A stretch of 64,000 bases of DNA. Origin: Felis catus. Its lineage: Eukaryota. Below, piece by piece: positions 15,201-26,210 of this stretch (positions are counted from its first letter, which is position 1; the number at the start of each line of letters is the position of its first letter). The stretch is from contig NC_058383.1 of the NCBI RefSeq assembly GCF_018350175.1, positions 8,868,001-8,932,000 on the forward strand, in the 5' to 3' direction. The translations under genes were made by a program, and so were the position numbers. The notes below the pieces were generated by a model. It had not been told where the DNA came from. It made no database searches and saw only the letters and a program-made list of their open reading frames with translations.

Positions 15201-17101
15201 GTAAGGGGGTGGGCTCGGGGGCCTGGGCGTTCGCGTCTCTTCTCGCCGCTATCTGGCAGCGTCTGTCTGGAGGGCGCGGCCGTCACCCCATTCAGTGAGC
15301 CACGGGGCGGAAAGAGTTATCCACTCCCAGACTTCCGGAGAGGCCGGCCGACGAATGTTCCACTGTTCGCCCCACCTGGGGCGAGACTCTGGGCTAGGCC
15401 GTGTCACCCACCGTGCTCCTTTAGGCTCCCGGTGACACGTGAGGGTGCGGACAGTCGCCATTTGACAGATAAGGAAAGTGCAGCTCAGGAAAGTTGAAAC
15501 TACATGCCCCCAGCCGGCCGGTGCCTGAGTTCAAGTCCCGTCTCTCTGCCCAGGGTGGCCCAGACACAACTCTGCAGGCTTTTTTGGCCAAAGAAGCTCT
15601 GATCCCATAGAGCGACCTAGAGAAGGAAGATGCATGTGACAGGAGAAGCTTCTGTCATGTGATAGGCATAATCGTACCTGCCTCCCAATTCAGCATTTTC
15701 CTGGGTCCTGTCGGCCAGATCGGTGAAGTGACCTGCCCAGAATACACAGCTAGAGGTGGCCCCGGGCACAACTGCCATGCCCGCAACTGGCCCGCAAAGC
15801 CCCTGCTTCCACCCCTTCCCTCCCTGGCTCACGAAAGTCAGTGATTTCTGAATGAGCCCCCAGACCCTTTCTGTGCCAGGCACTTCCCGGTAACAGTTTC
15901 TCGATAATGGGGATTTACCAGGCCTGTAAAAAAGAAGGTAAACGTAATACCCCGGCGTTGTTTCAGATTAAGTCATTACTGAGCATAAGGAGAAGCGCTC
16001 CACTCCCCTGAAAGGCGGCCTCCCCGAGGGGTATGTGGTGGGGTCGACAGTGGCCTCTGAGGAACCCCCGCGCGGGGGTCTCCCCTCCCGCCTCCCGGCC
16101 CCCCCAGCCCTGCATTGTCCTGCCTTCCGCTCAGCGTTTGCGCCGAACCGTGCGGTGGATCCTTACAATATCTGATTGTGATTTCTTTGTCCTGATTTCA
16201 CAAAAGGTGATGGGGCGGATAGAAGTGAGGATGAGAATTTCAAGTCCCTTGAAATTTCTAGTTCAGTGTTGTAAAAATATCATTTGAGAACATTTAAATA
16301 GACATTTGTGCTCATGCCTTAAATTTAGCAGAGACTTAATAGCGTTGAACTTGTTTGGCCCGTGAGTGCAGTTTATTCTGGAACTTGAGAACTTTTCAAA
16401 AGAGTGATCGAACGCAGCCCCTAAATATCTCTGGGCTGCATCTGTGTCCTGTGGGGGGTGTTTGTGCCCATACATATGTATGGCCATATGTGAGCGTTAA
16501 GAAAACTCGGGCATGTACGTGCAATTTGTCGGTTGTCTGCAGTGAGTTTCACTCCCAGGCTGGCGCCCCCGTCGCCGCCGGCTCACCTCTGGGCCCCCAC
16601 TGCCGAGCAGGATGCGGTCGGAGAGAGCAAACCTTTCTCGGTGCCAGCCCGGCCCAGCGCCACAGAGAAGACCGGCCTCCCGCGCCCCGCCGGCCCCCGC
16701 CGCTCCGGCCACTAAAGGGGTCCTTGGCCCCGGCACCTCAGCCTTTCCTGGCACCTCCGGGCAGAGAGCAGGCTCTCAGCGCTTCCTCCTCGGGCTGTCG
16801 GGACGCCACCCCCGAGGCCTTGGCAGGATGGAGGCCCTGGGCGAGATCCCCTCCCCTCCCCTCCTCCTCCCACCGCTCCTCTCCCTGGGAGTAGAAAGCT
16901 GTGACTGTAACGAGGGCTCCCCAAGCCAGGGCCTCCGCCCGCCGGGGCCTGTGACAAGCTGATTCCCCAGCCCCAGGCTGGCGCCATCCACCGGGCAGGG
17001 GTTCCGCGCTCAGCCCCTGAAGCCCTCGCTCGGGTGTCGTCCGTCCCCACCTCTCCGTGGCCATGTGTGCATCACTAAAGCATTTGGTGGCCTCACACTA
17101 A

Positions 17102-17494
<393 letters not shown>

Positions 17495-17798
17495 TAATTT
17501 TATAAGCAGCAGAAAATGAGTTACTAATTAGGAAAACGCTGTTTGTACATAAATACAGGTAAAAGTCAAGTAGCTAAATCAGGGAATCAGGAAAGGAAAT
17601 CATCCAGAGACACAGAGGTGAAAGATACAACGGGCTCCAGCTTCTGCCTGCGTGGACCCCGAGTTCTGGCCCCCCTGTAAGGAGTGGGACCTTTGGGAAC
17701 TTTATGCCGTCTACGCTCTGCTGTGCTTGGTGTGTTAGGAAGTTTTAAACCCCTGGGGCTTGTTTCCTCATCTAATTGTAACCCTTTGTCTTATTCAG

Positions 17799-17855
17799 TC
17801 CTCCATTCTGTGACGTCACTACAGGACCCCCAGCAGCAGGGCTGCGTGAGTTCAG
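17799..17855 (+). CDS. CUX1: CUX1 exon about 20, VLHSVTSLQDPQQQGCVSS
   Basis: ttattcag acceptor, gtaact donor; 57 nt; in frame. Confidence 0.92.
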
Positions 17856-19191
17856 GTAACTAGCGATTTCTGTTGTTTTGTGTGGAATACTTCCCTCCCT
17901 CTACGTTTCCCTGTCCTCTGGTCTGTAGCGGGGGGTCTCCGAGGATCCCTGGTTCTGGATTCGGTGAGCCGAAAACACCATATGCGGCTGGCACACTGGA
18001 TTCCTCGTGGTCCTGGTTTCTGATGGACACAGGGAGAGTTAGCAGCTGCGTGAGGGTTTCCTCCGGCATTTTCCTGCTCGCCACCAAATTCTTTCATCGG
18101 CCTGTGGCTTCTAGGTGCTCAGGATCGGGGGCTGGGGTCCAAGTCAGAGGTAGATTCTGCACTCGCGGGCGCTTCCATTCTAACAGGAGGGGACTGGACC
18201 TCTCCCGGCAGGGTCATGGGCAGGCAGAAGTTGAGTCCATCCAGAAGACCTTGGGGCCACCTTCAAGCAAGAAGGATGGGGACGAAGGAAGCCAGTAAGG
18301 GCTGAGGGTGGGAATCCAGCCTAGAGGTGGCTGGAGGGAGGAAGGCCTGCAGTGCCGGCCGGCCGAGACACCTGGCGCCTTCCGGTTGGCATGTGGAGCC
18401 CCGGGGCCTCCGAGCCGGTGTTTCTGCTCTGCGGACCCCTTGCGGCGGCACCGTGCTCCTGGCCGTCGTCACACGTCCACCCTGTGCTTCCGTGAGCTCG
18501 GAGCCTTGCTTGCCCGGCTTCCGGGAACAGCCAATGTCTTGAGCTGCTCCTCTGTTCGCTTTTATTTTTCTAAACACACAGATTAGCCTCCATATCCCAT
18601 CGATTCATTGAAAACTCAGAGCTAAGGGAGGGGCACGAAGCCCGCCAGCCTGCTCCAAGTTTTATGAGGGAAAACGTGCGTAGCACACGGAACAGGTGGG
18701 CAGCGGCCTGAGAGACACCGAACTGCACACAGATGCGCCCCGAGCGGGGTATCAGCCGCAAAGGGCCTGGTTGAGTTTGCATTTTGGGTGCTTCCCTTTG
18801 ATTTTGACCAAAACGCGGGGTGGAAGTCAGTGTCTTACCCAAATCGTTGGTCTTCTTGGCCGGACCTCTGAATGGAGTGGTTTGTCCACCTGAAGAGGGA
18901 CCACATGTACTTCCTTCCCCCCCTCGTGTCTGGGTAGGTCAACTGAAGTAGCGAGTCCCAGAGAACTTAACGGAGCGCCGGCTCGCGTCCCAGATACATC
19001 AGGGCAAATAATGCACAGACTTGTTTGTGCCAGAGCTTCACAGACGTTTGCATGGAAAATTCGCCTCGCCTCTTGCCCCAGCGGAAAGTTGGCCTCCCCT
19101 TAAACTCTCCAAGAGTATTTGCTGCCCAAGAGTTAGGACTACACTTGGCAGATCGTGACGAACGTATTTTAGATCAAAATCACTTGTTCCT

Positions 19192-19356
19192 GGGGCTCCT
19201 GGGTGGCTTAGTCGGTTAAGCCTCTGCCTTCGGCTCAGGTCGTGATCTCAGGGTTCATGAGTTCAAGCCCCGCGTCTGGCTCTGTGCTGACAGCTCAGAG
19301 CCTGGAGCCTGCTTCAGATTCTGTGTCTCCCTCTCTCTCTGTTTTTCCCATGTTCA

Positions 19357-19400
<44 letters not shown>

Positions 19401-19425
19401 AACATTTAAAAAAAAATTTTTTTTT
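19192..19425 (+). mobile_element. Feliform CanSINE (SINEC_Fc-like) with 13-bp target-site duplication
   Basis: TSD AATCACTTGTTCC at 19178-19190 and 19426-19438; GCTCAGAGCCTGGAGCCTGCTTC motif. Confidence 0.93.
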
Positions 19426-21107
19426 AATCACTTGTTCCCAAAGAAAACAGGAGCTCTCCCGCAGCTCCTAGTCAGTCATGATCGATGCCAAAATCTTCTC
19501 CATGTGCGAACACATCCTTGAAGAATGGCCTCTTGCTCTTTATCGTATGGCAGGTATTTGCTGTTGTGCTGGAAGGTCCGTTGTCACATTTCCGACATAG
19601 GGAAACCACGCTGGGCCCCTCAGAGGGACGTAAGTGGTGTTTGTAATAAGATGTCAAATTACTTTATAAAATAAAGCGACGTGTAAGACTCTTGGAGAGT
19701 CTGCAGATTGGCGGAGGCAGGGAGCCTCTGGATCAAAATGAGCACCAAAGAACTTTCCAGCAGTTTCTGTGAAGAGGTGGCAGGCGGGCCTCTCCCTGTG
19801 TCATCCCTGCAAAACGGGAGACGACGGATTATAGACCGCTTGCCCATCGCACCCATGGGCAGTCAGCAATAGGGAAGTCGTCAGTAGAAACACTCATTGT
19901 GGGGATTGTAGGGGGAAAGATGGAAAAATATTTCCTACGTTGTAGGAAAGTACAAATTTTTTAATATGACAGTCGCTAAGCAAAAACGTTTCTCTGGATC
20001 GCAAAGACGAGAAAAAGCACTCGTCGACGTTAAAAGAAAGACGATCGCTGCGGCAGGATTGCGGGTGGTAGTTTTTCTCGCGTGAAACTTCTTTACTACC
20101 AGTGGTCTCTTTTCAGGAGTTATTTCTAAAAGTCAAAGTAGCAGAGCTTTTCACTTTGTGGGATTTAGATTTGAAAAAGAGAATTATTTTGTAATGATGA
20201 GTATCGCTGTATCATTGGGATGGATGCCCAGAGGGGACGCCAGAATCTTCCTCGACAGAGTAGAAAATGAGGGTCTGTGAGGAAGCCTCCAGTGAAGCCG
20301 TGCTGCCCCAGAGGCACGTTAGCAAAGCCTCCGGTTCCAGGATTTCCCCAGGATTCGAGTTCTCTGTTCTCACCGCGGCTACCGTGGACTCCTTCCCCAA
20401 GGCCCCCAGGCCCAGAAAGGTGCTGTCCTTGGCAGTGACTCCATGAGGCCCGTGCCAGAGGTGGCTCAGCGTGGTAGAAACAGACGGCTGTGGGAAGGTA
20501 ATTCCAAGCCTAGGTTGGTTGGTTCCTGGATGCTGGGGAGAGAAACACTCGGCGTCTGAGCAGCCCGGGCCCTGGGCCGGCCTAGTGGCCACAGTAGCCT
20601 CCCGGGTGTGGAAGGGCTTTGGAAGCCCGGCCTTCTGTCCACGGCCCAGCAGTGAGAGACTGCAGTTGCCCGGCAGAGAATGCGTGGGCCCAGTGCAGGA
20701 CTCTGTGCTCAGTTACCATGGCGATAAGATGCCCGGGAGTGAAGTGGCCTCACTCATCTGAACAGCAAGCTGCTGACACAGGAGTCTGCTTGCCTCACTA
20801 AAGGCTCCCTGCCTGCCTCTCTGTGCCAGGCGCTGCTGCCCCTCGGGGTCTCCGTTTTCCTTAATGATGTGCACGTCAAGCTTGCTGATAAGCTTTACGA
20901 GGAGAGAGAGAGAGAGAGAGAGAGGCCGAACTTTTAATTACATCGGCCCTTCCTCTTCTTGAACGGAACCGTTCCTGAATGTTCCTTTGATGATCTGAGC
21001 ATTGGGGTGATGGCTTCGGGCAGTCACGAGGGTCAATGCCATTTTCTACTGGCGGTCTGCGCTTTTTCTTGGAAGCTGTTGGGGCCTTGACGAAGAGTTA
21101 GGAGAGC

Positions 21108-21143
21108 AGAGGGTCCCGTGTTGATCACATGAGTTAACTTTTA

Positions 21144-21202
<59 letters not shown>

Positions 21203-21346
21203 CAGTAGAGGGTCCCGTGTTGATCACATGAGTTAACTTTTAATAGATAGGTAGATAGATAGATAGATAGATAGATAGAGCAGAGGGTCCCGTGTTGATC
21301 ACATGAGTTAACTTTTAATAGATAGATAGATAGGTAGATAGATAGG
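21108..21346. repeat. Compound repeat: three identical 37-bp units, each followed by a (TAGA)n array
   Basis: AGAGGGTCCCGTGTTGATCACATGAGTTAACTTTTAA at 21108, 21207 and 21282. Confidence 0.95.
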
Positions 21347-21788
21347 TTTTTAAAGGCCAGAACTTCCGATCAGGTACTCGTTGAGGTTTCCAGGCAGTCT
21401 AGTTCCCTACAAACATTTTTGAGTTGGCTTCTTTCGGAGTTCCCAGTGCCTTGGGGGAGGCGAGCCGGTGGTTCTGCACGGGGCCGTGTTTGACCTAATA
21501 CGGCAGACTTATTGGGAGATAGTCCTTTGGGGATTGGTTCTCTGCTTTCTGCTTCTTCCTGTTGTCGGTCTTCCGTCCCAGGTACCAGGCATCAGCTGAC
21601 CTCGCTGCTTAGCGATCGCCATGCTCTGGGGAAGCAAAAGAAAGCACTTAGGGATGAAGGGAGGGGCCCCGTAAGGGTTGTTTCCCCTGAGTGTGGCCTC
21701 CAGTCCTTGCTGATCAGGTAGCAGGCTTTCTTTTAAAGGGGAGAAAACCTCAAGATGCACGGAAGGGGGTTGTGTGAGGGCACGTGTG

Positions 21789-21814
21789 TAGGTAGGTAGG
21801 TAGGTAGGTAGGTA
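21789..21814. repeat. (TAGG)n microsatellite
   Basis: Direct reading. Confidence 0.9.
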
Positions 21815-23319
21815 CATAGATCGGTAGGCAGATACGATCTGGTAAACCGCTGGGGTTTTTTGTGTTGTGTTTTTTTTTTTTTTTTTCCATTTTCGTTCCC
21901 TACAGCTCATTTTCTATTCACAGTTCCTTGGTGTGATTAATCTCTTTGCCCCAAGGGAAGGAAGGAGACAAGAGACGATCTAAGAGGGGGAGGGAAAAAA
22001 AAGGGAAAGGAACAGATTTTCCCGGATGCGATGTTAGTCATTACATTACAGAGCGTAACTTTTGAACACGAAAGCATTTTGTTACCGCAGTTAATAAGCT
22101 TCCACACCACCCTTCAGATGGATTATTGCAAACCGCATAAGCCAAAGCATGCCCCAGTCTCCTCGGATTAATTCTGCAACATCCAGTTTTTTCCCAGCAT
22201 GTGAGTCAGGAGCGGTGGGTTCCAGGTCCTCTGCACCCGTGGAGAATCCCATGGCTGACTGTTGTCAGTCACCGGAGCGGCAGCTGCCTCCCGAGGAGAC
22301 AGCTGCCACAGTGTCTTGAACGTGGGTGGCCTCACACACCCAGGAGAGACCCGTGGCCACAGCCCCCGGTTAGGGACGGGCCAACATTCCTGTGTAATAC
22401 GCAGAATGACTCTTGCTTGGTGCCCGTGAGATGACCAGGAAAATCTGTCCGGGGTTTTAGTGCTTTGAAGTCAGCAGTGGGATTCTCGGGCAGGCATTTG
22501 GATAGCTTGTTAATAGGGACCGCCAGAAAATTCCATGGCAGTATCTAAAACTTGTCAGTTTTAGTGCCTCAGTTTAGTGCCTTAGACTAGATTTGATTTG
22601 ATTTTTTTTTTTTCTTTCTCTTCCATCGAAATAAATCAGTGATCGTAACTGTCGGTTCTCTCTAAGAAGAATTTTTCTAACCCCTGAAAAGATTTGTATA
22701 TAACTGATTTATACCTGGCCACAGAGAACAGATCGAAAACAAAAGAGGATTCTGGAAAGCCACCTATGAACTAGAGAGTGCCCTTCCCTGAGCAGAGGGT
22801 GGGCCGCTGCTGATCATTTGGCTCGGCCTTGTGCACCCACTCATCGACGCAGTGTGGCCAGGAGAACTCAGCGTGCCATGCGTGCCTTTCTTTCTTGGTT
22901 GCAACCTGCGTTCGGATGCTTTGTTATATCAAGAACGCCGTGATAAAGGAATAACTGTTCTAAGGTCAGAAAAGACGGGTTTCTGGATTCAGACACAGCC
23001 TGCCTTCCTATTGTCGGTATGTGTGGGTGCAGGCCCCGCGACGCTGAGGGAGCCCCACGGAGGGACTGGGCCGTAAAGGGCTAAGGGGTCAGGGAGGAGA
23101 ACATTGCAGGTACAAAGTTCATAGACAGGGAAGCACATGGCCTGTGCAGAACCTTTGAAAAGGGTGAGAAGCCCCTGATGCAGAGGGCTTTTTTTTGGTT
23201 TGTTTTCCTTTTAAAACGACAGTAGGAGAGTAGATCCTGGGAGCGTTTGGTCTTTCCTGTGTGTAGTCTACCGTTGGCTGTGCTGCCTTGAGGCTCGTGT
23301 GGTGAGAAGAGAAGTGTGC

Positions 23320-23532
23320 GGGCGCCTGGGGGGCTCAGTCAGTTAAACATCCGACTCTTGGCTTTGTCTCAGGTCATGATCTCACGGTTCGTGAGTTCGA
23401 GCTCCGCATCCGGCTCCTTTTGCTGACCGTGCAGGGCCTGCTTGGGATTCTCTCTCTCTCTCCCCCTCTCTCTCTGCTCCTCACCTACTCACTCTCTCTG
23501 TCTCTCAAAATAAATAAATAAACCTAAAAAAA
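23320..23532 (+). mobile_element. CanSINE followed by (GAA)n(GAG)n microsatellite
   Basis: Typical head, CT tract and AATAAA tail; AAGTGTG on both flanks. Confidence 0.9.
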
Positions 23533-25020
23533 GGAGAAGAAGAAGAAGAAGAACGAGGAGGAGGAGGAGGAGGAGGAGAAAAGTGTGGACGGTGGGACAG
23601 AAGGGAGGCTCCGTGCTCTTTCAGGGGGACCTTGGCGACCTGCCCCGCCCCTTCCCCGGTGGTGTTGGGCCTGCGATGTGCACCTGCTGCCTCTCCCACC
23701 AAAGTGCTTCTCCTCACCCCTACCCCCCCGCCAGTGGCTCTTTCTTGAGAGGAGGGGGGCTGAGGCCCGTGATCGGTGGCACAGCCCTCCTGAGTTCTCA
23801 CCCACCCCGTCCGAAGAGATCAGAGGATGGAGGGAAGAAACTCCTGACCTCAGAGCTGAGCCGCTGGACCACAGGGAGCCAGGAAAGAACTTCCCGCCGC
23901 TGGACCGAGGGAGGGGCAGGTGAGGGGTTGAGACTCGGCCAGCGGCATAGCCTCCGGTATGCAGGGCACTGAGATGGCATTAGCAGTGGCTGAATATGCG
24001 CAGGCGGGGGAGGGGGGAACAGTTCAAGAGGAAATTGTCCAGGGCCACAGGGTAGGCTTAGGGGGCTCAGAGGCAGAGAGGGAGAGGAGGTGGACGATGA
24101 TGGCCCAAAGCCCAACGGTCATTTGGCCCCGTACGGGGAAGGGCCTCGTTCAAACAGGGTAGGCTGAGGAGGCTGTGAGCCCGAGGAGCACATGCCCCAG
24201 AGCCACCAGGCCTGGGGCCCTCAGCTGAGGCGGGGCTTAGGGAATGTCCCACCAGGGCCTAGAAAGTTCCTTCCTCACCTTGGGTGCAGTGGAGTAACTT
24301 GCTCTGCCAAGAGCGAGATATCCCCTGGGCCAGCCCAGACGGTCTAGGAAACTGTGCTCTGTGAATTGCCTTCTAATTAATGTCTTTCAAAAATTGTCAG
24401 CCTTATCTCAGCTGAGCTCAGGTGACAAGGGGTTTGGGCATTCTAGAGCTAACCCTTCAAGAATGATGAGACGCAGGCCGGGCACAGCAAACGCAGGAGG
24501 GGCCTCGGCCACGCCACAGGACAGGAGGGGGCCCTCTCTTGAGCCCCCTCGAAATGGGACTTGTTGTCAGCTCCCCCTAGTGCGTGTGCACTCGCCGCTT
24601 TGTGGGAATTCACCACGGGGGTCTGGCCATGTGACCCGGAAGCAGCCCCCACTGCAATGTTAACGTAGGAAGGCAGGGGGAGAGCGGAGGCCCGGCCCCG
24701 CCTGCCTTCACCCGGAGCACACTGTACCTGCAGGCCCTGCATGGGGTTCGCTCTCAGGCAGCAGACGTCAGCCTCACCGTTCCTGGGAAAGACTGCTCCT
24801 TTGTAAATCAGCCCCCAAAGTCTCTGTTCCTAGAGTGGGATTTGCCACCATTACCTCTCCAAAAAAGAGACAGAGAGAGAGCAACTTAGGGTAAGAGATT
24901 TGACTTTGTTAAAAAATTATGACTTGTGGGATTTTCTTGAATAAATGAAGTGTACACCATGATTATAAAATGCAACTTTCAAAGACTTTACACCCCTTTT
25001 TTAAAAATGAGTTGATCTCC

Positions 25021-25143
25021 GCTGGTGAAGCGTCTGACTTCGGCTCTGGTCGTGCTCTCATGGTTCTTGAGTTCAGGCCCCACATCGCTCTCTCTGTTTC
25101 TCCTGTGCTCACACACGCTCTGTCTGAGAAATAAGTAAACATT
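25021..25143 (+). mobile_element. Older truncated CanSINE fragment
   Basis: ggtgaagcgtctgacttcggctc...gagttcaggccccacatc...aaataagtaaacatt. Confidence 0.75.
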
Positions 25144-25381
25144 GGGGCACCTGGGTGGCTCAGTCGGTTGAGCGTCGGACTTTGGCTCAGGTCATGATCT
25201 CGTGGTTCGTGGGTTCGAGCCCCGTGTTGGGTTCTGTGCTGACAGCTCAGAGCCTGGAGCCTGCTTGGGATTCCGTGTCTCCCTCTCTCTCTGCTCCGCC
25301 CGTGCTCGTGCTCTCTCTCTGTCTCTCAAAGATAGATGAACGTTAAAAATAATTTAAAAACAAAATGTTTCAAAAAAAAAA
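25144..25381 (+). mobile_element. Feliform CanSINE inserted in the tail of the preceding SINE
   Basis: Full head to A tail; 15-bp TSD with one mismatch at 25129-25143 and 25382-25396. Confidence 0.92.
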
Positions 25382-25804
25382 AAATAAGTAACCATTTAAT
25401 TGAGAAAAATAATGAGTTGCCCACCCTCCCAAAACCCCCGTCTTCCAGCCGCCCTCCCCGGAGACCGTCCTATCCTATCCCGTTTCCTGCAGACGGTCCC
25501 TGTAACTAGATACTGTTCTGCACAGAAGGAAGCCTGCAGGCGTCCAGGTGCCGTGTCTTGCTTTCCTCAAGCAGCAATATGTAGCAGGTACTCGTTAGCC
25601 CAGTATGCAAAGAATCTTCTCTTTTTACAGCTATAGGGAAGTCCCGTATCTGGATATACGGTATCTTATTTAACCAGTCACTGGTGAGAAATATTTCCAT
25701 TGATTTCAACAGCAAAACCTAAGCAACTGCCCTGCGGTGACCAGCCTTGAGTGCGTGTCAGCGGCCGTGTGCGCAGCGGGCTCAGCCGACTGCCGAGGGC
25801 TCGT

Positions 25805-25935
25805 CCGGCCTCCGCCGCCGGGTGACGGTGCGGCCTTGGCCAAGTGCCCCGACTTCTCTGTCTCGGATTCTTCTTCTGTAAAATGGGGCAAATACGGGAC
25901 CTGTCTCCCAGGCTGTTGGGAGCTTTAAATGACTT
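25805..25935 (+). mobile_element. MIR SINE remnant
   Basis: ccttggccaagt...tctctgtctcggattcttcttctgtaaaatgggg. Confidence 0.65.
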
Positions 25936-25969
25936 TGTGTACAAAAGCCTTTCAGAACCGGGCCCGCTG

Positions 25970-26095
25970 GGGGCACCTGGGTGGCTCATTCGGTTCAGCG
26001 ACCGACTTTTGATACTGGCTCGGACCACGATCTCACGGTTCGCGAGTTCAAGCCCCGCATTGGGCTCTGCGCCGACAGTGTGGAGCCTGCTTGGG

Positions 26096-26151
<56 letters not shown>

Positions 26152-26210
26152 CCTCCCCCACTCATGCTGTCTCTCTGTCTCTCTCTCAAAATACATAAAC
26201 TTAAAAAAGA
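25970..26210 (+). mobile_element. CanSINE with long (CT)n tract
   Basis: GGGGCACCTGGGTGGCTC head, (CT)n at about 26101-26148, A-rich tail. Confidence 0.9.

Noticed and set aside
14354..15298. 314-aa alternative-frame ORF over exon 18
   Set aside because: GC3-rich coding shadow starting in the intron at a non-ATG codon; no recognisable domain
21108..21346. CRISPR-like appearance (37-bp direct repeats with spacers)
   Set aside because: The spacers are TAGA microsatellite rather than unique sequence; mammalian intron; no cas genes
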